Assembly: GCA_963663765.2 (NCBI GenBank)
Contig: CAXXUA010000003.1
Coordinates: 448,001-512,000, forward strand
Reading direction: 5' to 3'
DNA: 64,000 nt
Source: Candidatus Poribacteria bacterium
Lineage (GTDB): Bacteria > Poribacteria > WGA-4E > WGA-3G
Shown here: positions 10,620-20,472 of the stretch, in pieces
How positions within the stretch are numbered: position 1 is the first letter of the stretch
How the letters are laid out: every line of letters starts with the position of its first letter
Position numbers and translations under genes: made by a program
Notes under the pieces: generated by a model
What the model saw: the letters and a program-made list of their open reading frames with translations, nothing else
Databases searched by the model: none
What the model was told of the DNA's origin: nothing

Positions 10620-10939
10620 AATGCAAACCTGCAAATACAAATTACAGCGATAGCCACGGCTCTCACATGTCGTCAACGACTTGTTGACCTTCAGTTCTAT
10701 TGTTGTTTCGGTGTAACGTCAAGTAAATTTTCAGGCGTGCGTCTCTCTCACGGTAACACGCTTGTATTCTTTCTAAACAGACCCATGTTGGTAACAGTCA
10801 CCCTTATTACTAACGCGTCTCGGACTTAGAAAACCGCATCTGCAATATCAGCTGGATAGATGACTAACTTGATCGCAAATATTCGCTATAACTCGTCAGA
10901 TGAACGGAATCTCTAGCCTTCAGGCTAGGAAGGAATCAA
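10620..10939 (+). mobile_element. Degenerate IS200/IS605 (tnpB 3' end plus right end) remnant
   Basis: gaatctctagccttcaggctaggaaggaaTCAA resembles an IS605 right-end hairpin. Decayed DRD-N-A-NI-like codons lie upstream. Confidence 0.45.
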
Positions 10940-10957
10940 CGAAAAGATGTTAGAATT

Positions 10958-12229
10958 ATGAAATGTTATCCTAAATATAAAGAGAGTGGCGTGGAGTGTA
11001 TTGGCGAGATACCAAGATATTGGGAAGTAAAACGCTTGAAATACATCGCGGATTTAAACATGGGGCAATCACCACCTTCGGAAGAATACAACAGCGATCA
11101 GTTAGGGACACCCTTCCTTCAGGGAAATGCCGAGTTTGGTTTGCATCATCCGACACCGAAAATCTATTGCCCAACAGCAAAGAAACACGCGAATCCCGGT
11201 GATATTTTGCTGTCAGTCCGCGCACCTGTCGGGGCAATCAACATCGCAAATCAAGAATATGGGATTGGTCGTGGTTTATGTGTAATACGCCCCCAAACGA
11301 ATCAATTTGAACACCTTTATGCTAAGTATTTACTTGCGGTTGTCCGTACTGAGTTACATGTCGTTGCAACCGGCAGCACTTACGAGGCTGTTACAGTAAA
11401 TGAGGTTTCTAATCTTACTTGCGTTGTGCCACCATTTTCTGAGCAGATCCAAATCGCCAACTTCCTTGACCGCAAGACCGAACAGATTGACGAACTCATC
11501 CGCATCAAAAAACGGGTGATAGAACTGCTGCAGGAACAACGTACCGCACTGATAAATCAGGTTGTGACAAAAGGACTTGACCCAAATGTGGAGATGAAAC
11601 CGTCGGGTGTGGAATGGATTGGGGAAATACCAGCGAATTGGGAAGTGAGAAGAAACAAACGCGTTTTTCATGAGAGAGACGATAGGTCAGGGACCGGAGA
11701 CGAAGAATTGCTTACGGTATCACACATAACAGGAGTATCCCCAAGATCAGAAAAGAAGAATGTTGGTATGTTTTTAGCTGGAAATATGGAAGGATATAAA
11801 CTCTGTTCTGCAGGTAATTTAGTTATTAATACGATGTGGGCATGGATGGGTGCATTAGGAATTTCAAATTTTGATGGAATTGTAAGTCCTTCCTATAATG
11901 TATACCAATTAAAAAGTAGTGAATATCTGCCAAAATATTACGATTATCTCTATAGAACTCCAAATCATGTCAACGAAATAATACGTTGGTCAAAAGGTAT
12001 TTGGAGTTCCAGATGGAGATTATATCCTGACGCGTTCTTTAACATGTATACTATAACGCCTACATTTAGAGAACAAACCCAAATCGCAAACTACCTTGAC
12101 CGTAAAACCAAACAGATAGATCACTTGGTAGCCACAGAACAGAAAAAAATTGATCTCCTCAAAGAATACCGACAATCCCTCATCTCCGAAGCGGTGACAG
12201 GCAAGATAGATGTCCGAAACGAGATTTAG
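10958..12229 (+). CDS. hsdS: Type I RM specificity subunit
   Basis: Two TRDs with conserved repeats SGVE(C/W)IGEIP and EQxQIAN(F/Y)LDRKT. C-terminal SLISEAVTGKIDV. Confidence 0.95.
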   Translation: MKCYPKYKESGVECIGEIPRYWEVKRLKYIADLNMGQSPPSEEYNSDQLGTPFLQGNAEFGLHHPTPKIYCPTAKKHANPGDILLSVRAPVGAINIANQEYGIGRGLCVIRPQTNQFEHLYAKYLLAVVRTELHVVATGSTYEAVTVNEVSNLTCVVPPFSEQIQIANFLDRKTEQIDELIRIKKRVIELLQEQRTALINQVVTKGLDPNVEMKPSGVEWIGEIPANWEVRRNKRVFHERDDRSGTGDEELLTVSHITGVSPRSEKKNVGMFLAGNMEGYKLCSAGNLVINTMWAWMGALGISNFDGIVSPSYNVYQLKSSEYLPKYYDYLYRTPNHVNEIIRWSKGIWSSRWRLYPDAFFNMYTITPTFREQTQIANYLDRKTKQIDHLVATEQKKIDLLKEYRQSLISEAVTGKIDVRNEI

Positions 12230-12267
12230 CTCCCATCTTGTTATTTTCTGAGTCGGCATGCGATACA

Positions 12268-12912
12268 GGATGTGTAAAGTTTTTGGCAAAAATGGACAGA
12301 AAACTATACAAACCCAAAGTAGCACAATCTGGCAGATTGTGCTACAGACAGAATTCATTGCCATTCTCCGCACAACATACATATTGATAGTACTGTAGCA
12401 GTAGCACATTCATCCTTGATTGTGCTACTTTCTGCAACTACCTTATGCGTCAATTTAAAAGATAAACACAATCTAATAGTAACCTCAGTCCCGTAGGGAC
12501 GATATGTTTATAGATCCTGGTTGAACATCCGTTTCTTTAGTCCCGTAGGGACGATATGTTTATTTTTTTCATTACGATACACATATCGTCCCTACGGGAC
12601 TAAAGAGAGTTGAGACAACGTTTTTCTATAAACATTCCGTCCCTACGGGACTGAAGACGCACCAATAAAAAATTCATTTCCTTAAATTGACGCATAAGGC
12701 AGAATACGCGTTTGCTATTCTGCATTGATTAGGAAATCGCACCTACCGGGTTGGACGTATGCGTATAATTCCTCTTAAATTGACGTCTATAGGTGTGTAA
12801 AGTTATTGTCCCTATAAGTGTCAATTCTCGGATTTCATCAGCTCTTAATAGTAGTAGACACTCTCCGAGTGCCGTCTCTTATGAAAAAAGGTGACAAAAA
12901 CTTTACACACCC
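12268..12912. mobile_element. Composite non-autonomous element with ISKra4-type ends, containing nested MITEs and REPs
   Basis: ggatgtgtaaagttttt...aaaaactttacacaccc. 9-bp TSD tgcgataca at 12259-12267 and 12913-12921. Inner MITE 12441-12699 has an 18-bp TIR ccttatgcgtcaatttaa. Confidence 0.8.
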
Positions 12913-12928
12913 TGCGATACATATTGCA

Positions 12929-12957
12929 TTGATTTTTCGGTGTTTCTATGCTATACT
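12929..12957 (+). promoter_or_regulatory. sigma70 promoter (copy of the rpn promoter)
   Basis: TTGATT-17-TATACT with extended TG. Paralogous to 14780-14808. Confidence 0.6.
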
Positions 12958-12964
12958 CTACAAA

Positions 12965-13543
12965 ACGTTGTTTTTAGGGGTTAAGGAGACGGAAGCAGAG
13001 GCGTTGACGCAATCTGGACATCTGTTGGGTTGGTTGCTACGGGTGCTTCAAAAGGAGCATTCGGATGAGACAGAGATAAGCGAAGCACTAACAGATGCCG
13101 TGTCGCATATAGCGTCTGTAGATGAAAACTTTGCACCGCAAGTTGCAGAGGCACTCCGGTATTTTGTGCAGTTGATATTCCACCAGCGTTCCATTAAGGA
13201 GCGTGATGCTTTAGTAGATATTATTAGGCAACACATTCAAGACGATAAGGAGTTAGACACGATGGCACAGACAACAGCTGAGTTTCTCATTGAACAAGGC
13301 AAAGCAGAAGGCAAAGCAGAAGGTAAAGCAGAAGGTAAAGCAGAAGGTAAACAAGACGCGGTCCTCAAACTCCTGCAGATCCGATTTCAAAACGTACCTG
13401 AAACGCTTTCACGTGAAATCAGCAACATCCACAACCTACCGCTCCTCGACACGCTCTTAGAGCAAGCAATGACCGCAGAAAGTTTAGAGGAAATAGGGAC
13501 ACATTTCTCTATGAAGTCCACAAAAAGTAGAAGTTCAATGTAG
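12965..13543 (+). pseudogene. 5'-deleted copy of the rpn gene, retaining internal small ORF 13262-13543 (RpnS-like)
   Basis: Near-identical to 15349-15881. Internal RBS aaggag precedes ATG 13262 (MAQTTAEFLIEQGKAEGKAE...). Confidence 0.85.
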
Positions 13544-13646
13544 TGCTTGATCAAATTCTATTGGAAGAAAAATCCATATAAGGACAGTGCCCGTTGAAAA
13601 AACTGTTGAGCATGTCGTGTTGAGATTATCCATTTATTGTCTCCGA

Positions 13647-14681
13647 TTAATGATTATTTGGCATGACAAGCACTTTCACTGACCCGTGCTCCTCACGTCC
13701 AGATGCAACAGAAAATGCTTCGGATATATCATCCAACCGGAAGCGATGTGTTATTAACCGACTCGGATCAAGTTTACCTGTGGCGAGTAGATCGATCGCG
13801 ACCTGAAATTCAGTCTTGCTACTGCGTCTACCATAACAGAATGACCATAGGATCGTAAGTTCTTTACTCCGTGCAAACCTTTCAGAAAAAGTGAGTGGCG
13901 CGCCGTGTCCACCGACCATGCAGACACATCCTCTTTTTGCAGCTAACTGTGTTGCTTGTTCTAAGGTATTTGCTTTGCCTCCTACAGCTTCAAAAACGAC
14001 ATCTGCCCCGCATCCATCGCTCCAGTCCATAATCGCTGCTACTGCGTCTGTCTTGTCAACGTTTATTGGGACCGCTCCAACAACTTCGTGGGCAATCTGT
14101 ATCGGTACATCCGGTTTTCCTAAAACAGCTATCGATGTTGCACCTGCTACATCCGCTACTTGTGCAATCGTTAGACCAACAGGCCCACTTCCAATGATAG
14201 CAACACGATCGCCTGGTGAGACCATGGCTCTATTGACAGCATGAACCGCTACGGCATATACTTCTGCTAATGCCCCACCTTCAACCGAAACACTATCAGG
14301 AAGTCTATAAGCGTTTGCAGGAGTCGTTACCGTATACTCTGCAAAACCACCACTCGCGTGTCGTAAGTTAGAGCAGATATTGTAGTATCCGTTTAGGCAT
14401 TCTGAACAGATGTTGCATGGACTGATCGGTTCTATGGCAACGCGAATTCCGGCTGTGTATTGTGTTACATCTTTACCTATTTCAATGATTTCACCTGTTA
14501 GTTCATGCCCACCGATACGTGGTGATTGGGGTTTATCAGGTTGTTGATGATACCCGTGCAGGTCGCTGCCACATATTCCGGCTGCATCAACCTTGACGAG
14601 TAACTGCTCCGGTGTTGGTGTTGGGTCGGGTACTGTTTCGATTCTGATGTCTTTTCCACCATAGAAGAATGCTGCTTTCAT
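13647..14681 (-). CDS. Zn-dependent alcohol/polyol dehydrogenase (MDR family)
   Basis: GICGSDLH, GHE, CxxCxxC...C and GSGPVG motifs. Confidence 0.92.
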   Translation of the reverse strand: MKAAFFYGGKDIRIETVPDPTPTPEQLLVKVDAAGICGSDLHGYHQQPDKPQSPRIGGHELTGEIIEIGKDVTQYTAGIRVAIEPISPCNICSECLNGYYNICSNLRHASGGFAEYTVTTPANAYRLPDSVSVEGGALAEVYAVAVHAVNRAMVSPGDRVAIIGSGPVGLTIAQVADVAGATSIAVLGKPDVPIQIAHEVVGAVPINVDKTDAVAAIMDWSDGCGADVVFEAVGGKANTLEQATQLAAKRGCVCMVGGHGAPLTFSERFARSKELTILWSFCYGRRSSKTEFQVAIDLLATGKLDPSRLITHRFRLDDISEAFSVASGREEHGSVKVLVMPNNH

Positions 14682-14779
14682 TATATTTTTTCCACACTTA
14701 GAAAGAATCTGTATAAAGCATAACACATCTGAGAGGTTACGTCAATAACGGTTTTGTTGGTGCTGCAATACAAATTGCA

Positions 14780-14808
14780 TTGATTTTTCAGTGCTTCTAT
14801 GCTATACT
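14780..14808 (+). promoter_or_regulatory. sigma70 promoter for rpn (and possibly hsdR)
   Basis: TTGATT-17-TATACT with extended -10. Confidence 0.6.
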
Positions 14809-14853
14809 CTGCAAAACGTTTTTTCTTCACCTATTATTAAAGTATAGATATCT

Positions 14854-15885
14854 ATGCACAAGACACAAGATACACCGATTGAACACTTCCCTGACCGTAG
14901 TCTTAGACGCTTGCTGCAAGATGGGGAATATGTACGGGGGTTAGTCCAAATTGTTGCCCCCGACATTGAGGTGTTTCTCGACTTCAGCAGGATCACATAC
15001 GAGAAAAGAAGTTTTATCTCTAAAGCACTGCAAGAACGCGAGTCGGATGTGCTACTGAGTGTTCCATTTCAAGAAGACACCGATGCGCTGCTCATCTATA
15101 TCCTCATTGAACATCAATCTACAGTGGATAAAACGATGGGGTTTCGGTTATTGTCCTACATGGTGCAAATCTGGGAGTCGCAACGGCGTGAATGGGAAAG
15201 GGAGAAGTTACCTGAAAATGAAAGACGTTTACAACCGATTCTGCCAATCCTGTTTTATACGGGCGACCGTCCGTGGACAGTGCCAGTGTCCCTGGCGACG
15301 ATCATGGATGTTCCTGAAATCTTGGAGCGTTTCGTCCCAAGTTTCGATACGTTGTTTTTAGGGGTTAAGGAGATGGAAGCAGAGGCGTTGACGCAATCCG
15401 GACATCTGTTGGGTTGGTTGCTACGGGTGCTTCAAAAGGAGCATTCGGATGAGACAGAGATAAGCGAAGCACTAACAGATGCCGTGTCTCATTTAGCATC
15501 AGTAGATGAGGATTTCACCCCGCAAATTGCGGAGGCACTCCGGTATTTTGTGCAGTTGATATTCCACCAGCGTTCTCTTGACGAACGCGATGCGTTAGTA
15601 GATATTATTAGACAACACATTCACGACCATAAGGAGTTAGACACGATGGCACAGACAACAGCTGAGTTTCTCATTGAACAAGGCAAAGCAGAAGGCAGAG
15701 CAGAAGGTAAACAGGACGCGGTCCTCAAACTCCTGCAGATCCGATTTCAGAACGTACCTGAAACGCTTTCACGTGAAATCAGCAACATCCACAACCTACC
15801 GCTCCTCGACACACTCTTAGAGCAAGCAATGACCGCAGAAAGTTTAGAGGAAATAGGGACACATTTCTCCACCAAGTCCACCTGA
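14854..15885 (+). CDS. Rpn/YhgA-like PD-(D/E)XK nuclease (transposase_31) with a DUF4351-like tail
   Basis: RESDVL, YILIEHQS, PILPILFYTG and EGKAEG motifs. Internal RBS plus ATG at 15646. Confidence 0.88.
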   Translation: MHKTQDTPIEHFPDRSLRRLLQDGEYVRGLVQIVAPDIEVFLDFSRITYEKRSFISKALQERESDVLLSVPFQEDTDALLIYILIEHQSTVDKTMGFRLLSYMVQIWESQRREWEREKLPENERRLQPILPILFYTGDRPWTVPVSLATIMDVPEILERFVPSFDTLFLGVKEMEAEALTQSGHLLGWLLRVLQKEHSDETEISEALTDAVSHLASVDEDFTPQIAEALRYFVQLIFHQRSLDERDALVDIIRQHIHDHKELDTMAQTTAEFLIEQGKAEGRAEGKQDAVLKLLQIRFQNVPETLSREISNIHNLPLLDTLLEQAMTAESLEEIGTHFSTKST

Positions 15886-15955
15886 GACGATGACTTGAAG
15901 TTACGTGATACTATGATTCAGCAGCAACCCTCATCTGCTTATCGAGGCGTAGACC

Positions 15956-18934
15956 ATGCAGACGTATACAGAAGAAAATTTTGAAGAACACATTGAAGCA
16001 CACTTAAATCAGTCAGGTTACCGAACACGGCAATATACCGTCTATAATAGAAGTCACTGTTTAATACATGTGGATTTACTGCAGTTTATTCAGGGGACGC
16101 AACTAAAAGAATATCAGAAATTGGAACGTCAACACGGTGACAATACACCTATTAAACTTATAGAACGTGTTAGCAAAGAAATTAAAAATCGTGGTGTGTT
16201 GAACGTGTTGCGAAACGGAGTTAAAGACAGAGGTTGTTACTTTGACTTGACCTATTTTCAACCGTCAAGTGGCATGAACCCTACTCAAGAAGAACGTTAC
16301 GGTCAGAACCGATTCTCTCTGATTCGGCAGCTTAGGTATTCACAACAGAATGAGAAATCGCTTGATATGGTGTTGTTCCTCAACGGTTTACCGTTAGTGA
16401 CAATGGAGCTGAAAAACAGCCTTACTGGTCAGACGGTTGCAGATGCAGAGAAACAGTATCGGACAGATCGGGATCCGAGAGAACCGTTGTTCCAATTCAA
16501 ACGTTGTCTGGTGCATTTCGCGGTGGGTAACGAGAAGGTTACCATGACAACGCGATTACAGGCTGATAAGACGCGATTCTTTCCGTTCAATAAAGGCATT
16601 GAAAACCCAGTCAACCGTAAAGGTCACAAAACTGCTTATTTGTGGGAGGATATCCTGCAACCCGATAACCTAATGGAGTTAATCAACAACTTTATCCATG
16701 AACAAGAGATCGTTGACAAGGTATATGATTCCAGAAGTGGCAACGTGGTAGATAAAAAGCGAAAAGTGCTGATCTTCCCACGATACCATCAGCTTGATGT
16801 TATTCGGAAACTGAAAGCGGCTATTGTAAAAGAAGGCGTTGGACACAAATACCTCATCCAACACACCACAGGCAGCGGGAAGTCAAACTCTATTGCATGG
16901 TTAGCACACTTGTTGACACATCTTTACCTATCTGTAACGGATACACATCGTATCTTCGATTCAGTTATTGTAGTGACAGATCGACGTTTACTTGACAAGC
17001 AACTGCAGGACACAATCAAGCAGGTAGGACAAGTTGATGGTGTCGTTCATGCTGTTCAAAAGAATTCAGCACAACTCAGGGGCTTCCTTGAATCTGGCAA
17101 AAGCATCATCATTTCTACTATACAGAAGTTCACTGTGATAGCCAAAGAGATTGGCAAACTAAAAGGCAAGACTTTTGCAGTCATTATTGATGAAGCACAC
17201 TCCTCACAAAGTGGGGAATCTGCGCGAAATCTAAGAGTATCACTTTCACAAGGGATTGAAAGAGCGGAAACAGACGAAGATGATGAAGTTGAAGTATCGG
17301 ATATAGATGCACGGATTATTGAGGAGATGGAACAACGTAGAATGCAGGATCATATCTCCTATTTCGGTTTCAGTGGCACACCGAAAAACAAGACATTAGA
17401 GTTGTTTGGACGCAAAAATGAAGAAGGTAGTTTTGTGCCATTTCATGTATATTCCATGCGTCAGAGCATCAGCGAAGGTTTCACGCTCGACGTGTTGCAG
17501 AACTATACCACCTATAAGAGATACTTCCAATTGGTAAAAAGTGTGCAAGAGGATAGAGAATTTGAAAGGACTCGGACGTTACGCGCACTGACCAATTACG
17601 TTGACCTACAACCCCATAGCATTGAAAAGAAAACACAGATTATCATGGAACACTTCATTGAACATACAGAAAAGACGATAGAAGGTAAGGGACGGGCAAT
17701 GTTAGTCACACCGTCCCGATTGCACTGCGTTAGATACAAGCAGGAATTTGATAAGCAGATACGTGAGAAGAATCTTCCTTATGGGTGCTTGGTCGCGTTT
17801 AGTAATACAGTCCTCGACACTGATAATGGTGTAGACCATACGGAAAACACCATGAACGACTTACCAATAAGAACTTCAATTGCAGATGCCTTCAAGAGTC
17901 CTGAATACCGTATTCTGATAGTCGCAAGTAAGTTTCAGACAGGTTTTGATGAACCAATGCTACAGACGATGTATGTTGATAAGAAGTTAGACGGTCTGCA
18001 GTGCGTCCAAACTCTGAGTAGACTGAACCGCGTTGCTAACGGAAAGACAGATGTCCTGGTACTTGATTTTGTGAATGAACCTGACCAAGTGCAAGAAGCA
18101 TTTCAAGAATACTATCAAACAACAATTCTCGCAGAGGAAACTGACCCGAATCGGTTGTATGACCTCCAAAGTCAATTAGATGGTTTTGACCTTTACGTCG
18201 AGGAAACCATTGAGAATTTTTGCAGTATCGTTTATAATGATGAAAGACCTGACGAATTGCTGCAGGGAATCCTTGATAATGTTGTTGAGCGGTGGACTGA
18301 GCTTGAAACAGAACATAGAGAGGATTTCCGTTCAACTTTACAAAGTTATATTCGCCTTTATGGATATATCTCACAGTTGATTACGTTCAACGATGTAGCA
18401 TTGGAAAAATTGTATATCTTTGGTCGGTACATCAACAAGAAACTACCGAAGCGGGAACACCCAGACCTGAATGATTTGTTAGATTCTGTTGACTTAGATT
18501 CGTTTAGGGTACAAAGAAGGCATGAAAGTCAACGACTCTCTCTTGAGGAAAGGGATAGCGAAGTAGAAGGGATTGGTAGTGGTGTCGGCACCGTCAGAGA
18601 ACCTGAGCAGGATTTTCTCTCTAATATTATACGATCTTTGAATGATGCATACCAAACTAATTTTACTGACGAAGATAGGGTTGACATTGAAACCATTCAC
18701 CGAAAAGTGAACGAAAACGAAGAACTGCGGCAAGTGATTGAAGGCGATAACACAGAGCATAACAAAAGGTATATGTTTGATCAGGTGATTAATGAGATTT
18801 TATTGGAATTTGTCAACAGCAAACTGGAACTCTACACGAAATTATCAACACCAGAGATCAATGCCAATCTCAAGCAACATCTGTATAGAGTCTATTGTAA
18901 TCAGATGTCATCTGCTTCACAAAGCAGTGATTAG
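15956..18934 (+). CDS. hsdR: Type I RM endonuclease subunit
   Basis: D...ELK nuclease motif, HTTGSGKS, DEAH, TGFDEP and QTLSRLNR. Confidence 0.95.
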   Translation: MQTYTEENFEEHIEAHLNQSGYRTRQYTVYNRSHCLIHVDLLQFIQGTQLKEYQKLERQHGDNTPIKLIERVSKEIKNRGVLNVLRNGVKDRGCYFDLTYFQPSSGMNPTQEERYGQNRFSLIRQLRYSQQNEKSLDMVLFLNGLPLVTMELKNSLTGQTVADAEKQYRTDRDPREPLFQFKRCLVHFAVGNEKVTMTTRLQADKTRFFPFNKGIENPVNRKGHKTAYLWEDILQPDNLMELINNFIHEQEIVDKVYDSRSGNVVDKKRKVLIFPRYHQLDVIRKLKAAIVKEGVGHKYLIQHTTGSGKSNSIAWLAHLLTHLYLSVTDTHRIFDSVIVVTDRRLLDKQLQDTIKQVGQVDGVVHAVQKNSAQLRGFLESGKSIIISTIQKFTVIAKEIGKLKGKTFAVIIDEAHSSQSGESARNLRVSLSQGIERAETDEDDEVEVSDIDARIIEEMEQRRMQDHISYFGFSGTPKNKTLELFGRKNEEGSFVPFHVYSMRQSISEGFTLDVLQNYTTYKRYFQLVKSVQEDREFERTRTLRALTNYVDLQPHSIEKKTQIIMEHFIEHTEKTIEGKGRAMLVTPSRLHCVRYKQEFDKQIREKNLPYGCLVAFSNTVLDTDNGVDHTENTMNDLPIRTSIADAFKSPEYRILIVASKFQTGFDEPMLQTMYVDKKLDGLQCVQTLSRLNRVANGKTDVLVLDFVNEPDQVQEAFQEYYQTTILAEETDPNRLYDLQSQLDGFDLYVEETIENFCSIVYNDERPDELLQGILDNVVERWTELETEHREDFRSTLQSYIRLYGYISQLITFNDVALEKLYIFGRYINKKLPKREHPDLNDLLDSVDLDSFRVQRRHESQRLSLEERDSEVEGIGSGVGTVREPEQDFLSNIIRSLNDAYQTNFTDEDRVDIETIHRKVNENEELRQVIEGDNTEHNKRYMFDQVINEILLEFVNSKLELYTKLSTPEINANLKQHLYRVYCNQMSSASQSSD

Positions 18935-18957
18935 GAAAGGTTAGAAGTAGCAATACT

Positions 18958-20445
18958 ATGGCACAGAACTCAACAAACACCGCATTTTATCGAGATATCC
19001 GCTTTTTAAAAGTACTCTTCCAGATACTTTTCCTTCTCGGAGTCGCCGCATTGGCGGGTTTTTTCTACGCAAACATGATAAAGGGACTTAGTGACCAAGG
19101 CCATCCACTCAGTCTCTCCTTTTTGGATAATGAAGCTGGGTTTGAAATCTCCGAAGGTATTGATTTTGAAGCATCAGATTCATATTTAAAAGCATTTTGG
19201 GTGGGTGTAGTAAATACGCTAAGGGTTAGTATTTTAGGTATCGTTTGTGCAACGGTATTAGGATTTATATTCGGCGTTGCTCGATTATCCACCAACTGGT
19301 TAATCCGAAGCATCGCGGCTGTTTACGTAGAGATATTTCGCAACGTACCCCTATTGCTACAGATTTTGTTCTGGTATGCCATCACACAAACGCTACCAAG
19401 AATCGCAGAAAGTATTTCATTTATTGATACTATATTCATAAACGTACGTGGTATATATCTACCCACAATTGCTGTGAGTGATGGTTTTTCCTCGTGGTTG
19501 TGGTATCTGCTTTCGGGTGTAGGTCTGGCGATAATTATTGTTTTCTGTTTTGCTGTATTTCGACTTCTTTTTGGTTCAAAAGAGGTACAACAAACATACC
19601 GTTCAGCCTTTGTATCCAATACCATTTTTGGAGCGAAGTGGTTTGCTGCACCTGTTTTTTTGATAGTTGCTATTGCGGGGTGGTTCCTATCACCAGGGCA
19701 ACCACTTCAAATCACAAACGTAAGTGGTATATTTCTACCCACAATTGCTGTGAGTGATGGTTTTTCCTCGTGGTTGTGGTATCTGCTTGCGGGTGTAGGT
19801 CTGGCGATAATTTTTGTAATCTGTTTTGCTGTATTTCGACTTCTTTTTGGTTCAAAAGAGGTACAACAAACAGACCGTTCATCCTTTGTATCCAATACCA
19901 TTTTTGGAGCGAAGTGGTTTGCTGCACCTGTTTTTTTGATAGTTGCTATTGCGGGGTGGTTCCTATCACAAGGGCAACCACTTCAAATCATACGACCGGA
20001 GATACAAGGATTTAACTTTGTCGGTGGGATAAATTTCACACCAGAATTCTTGGCACTCTTAGTTGGTCTTGCTGTCTATACAAGCGCATACATTGCGGAA
20101 GTGGTGAGGAGCGGTATACAAGCAGTGGTAAAGGGACAGCGAGAGGCAGCCAGATCAGTAGGATTGAATCAAGTACAAGAACTTATATTGGTTGTGATAC
20201 CCCAAGCCATACCGATTATTGTACCACCACTCACCAGTCAATATCTGAACCTTGCGAAAAACTCCAGTCTGGCAATTGCCATTGGATTCTTAGACTTATT
20301 CCACGTTGGACGAAGAATGATTGCTCAGACCGGACAGACAATCCCTATTTTCGGTATGATTATGGTGAGTTATCTGATAATGAGTTTAACAACATCAGCT
20401 CTCATGAATTGGTATAATCGCCGTATTACACGATATGGACGATAG
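18958..20445 (+). CDS. aapQ: General L-amino acid ABC permease with an internal 92-aa duplication
   Basis: YVEIFRNVPLLLQ, AYIAEVVRSG and KNSSLA motifs. Confidence 0.85.
   Translation: MAQNSTNTAFYRDIRFLKVLFQILFLLGVAALAGFFYANMIKGLSDQGHPLSLSFLDNEAGFEISEGIDFEASDSYLKAFWVGVVNTLRVSILGIVCATVLGFIFGVARLSTNWLIRSIAAVYVEIFRNVPLLLQILFWYAITQTLPRIAESISFIDTIFINVRGIYLPTIAVSDGFSSWLWYLLSGVGLAIIIVFCFAVFRLLFGSKEVQQTYRSAFVSNTIFGAKWFAAPVFLIVAIAGWFLSPGQPLQITNVSGIFLPTIAVSDGFSSWLWYLLAGVGLAIIFVICFAVFRLLFGSKEVQQTDRSSFVSNTIFGAKWFAAPVFLIVAIAGWFLSQGQPLQIIRPEIQGFNFVGGINFTPEFLALLVGLAVYTSAYIAEVVRSGIQAVVKGQREAARSVGLNQVQELILVVIPQAIPIIVPPLTSQYLNLAKNSSLAIAIGFLDLFHVGRRMIAQTGQTIPIFGMIMVSYLIMSLTTSALMNWYNRRITRYGR
19441..19990 (+). 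repeat. 276-bp in-frame near-identical tandem duplication inside the permease
   Basis: 19441-19716 repeated from 19717. Confidence 0.92.
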
Positions 20446-20472
20446 AGGAAGACCTGAAAAAAGGAACAAAAA

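Noticed and set aside
12818-12964. N-terminus of the 241-aa ORF
   Set aside because: It derives from a MITE end and promoter DNA, not real coding sequence.
19441-19990. DGR template/variable repeat pair
   Set aside because: It is an in-frame tandem duplication, the differences are not adenine-specific, and there is no reverse transcriptase in the window.
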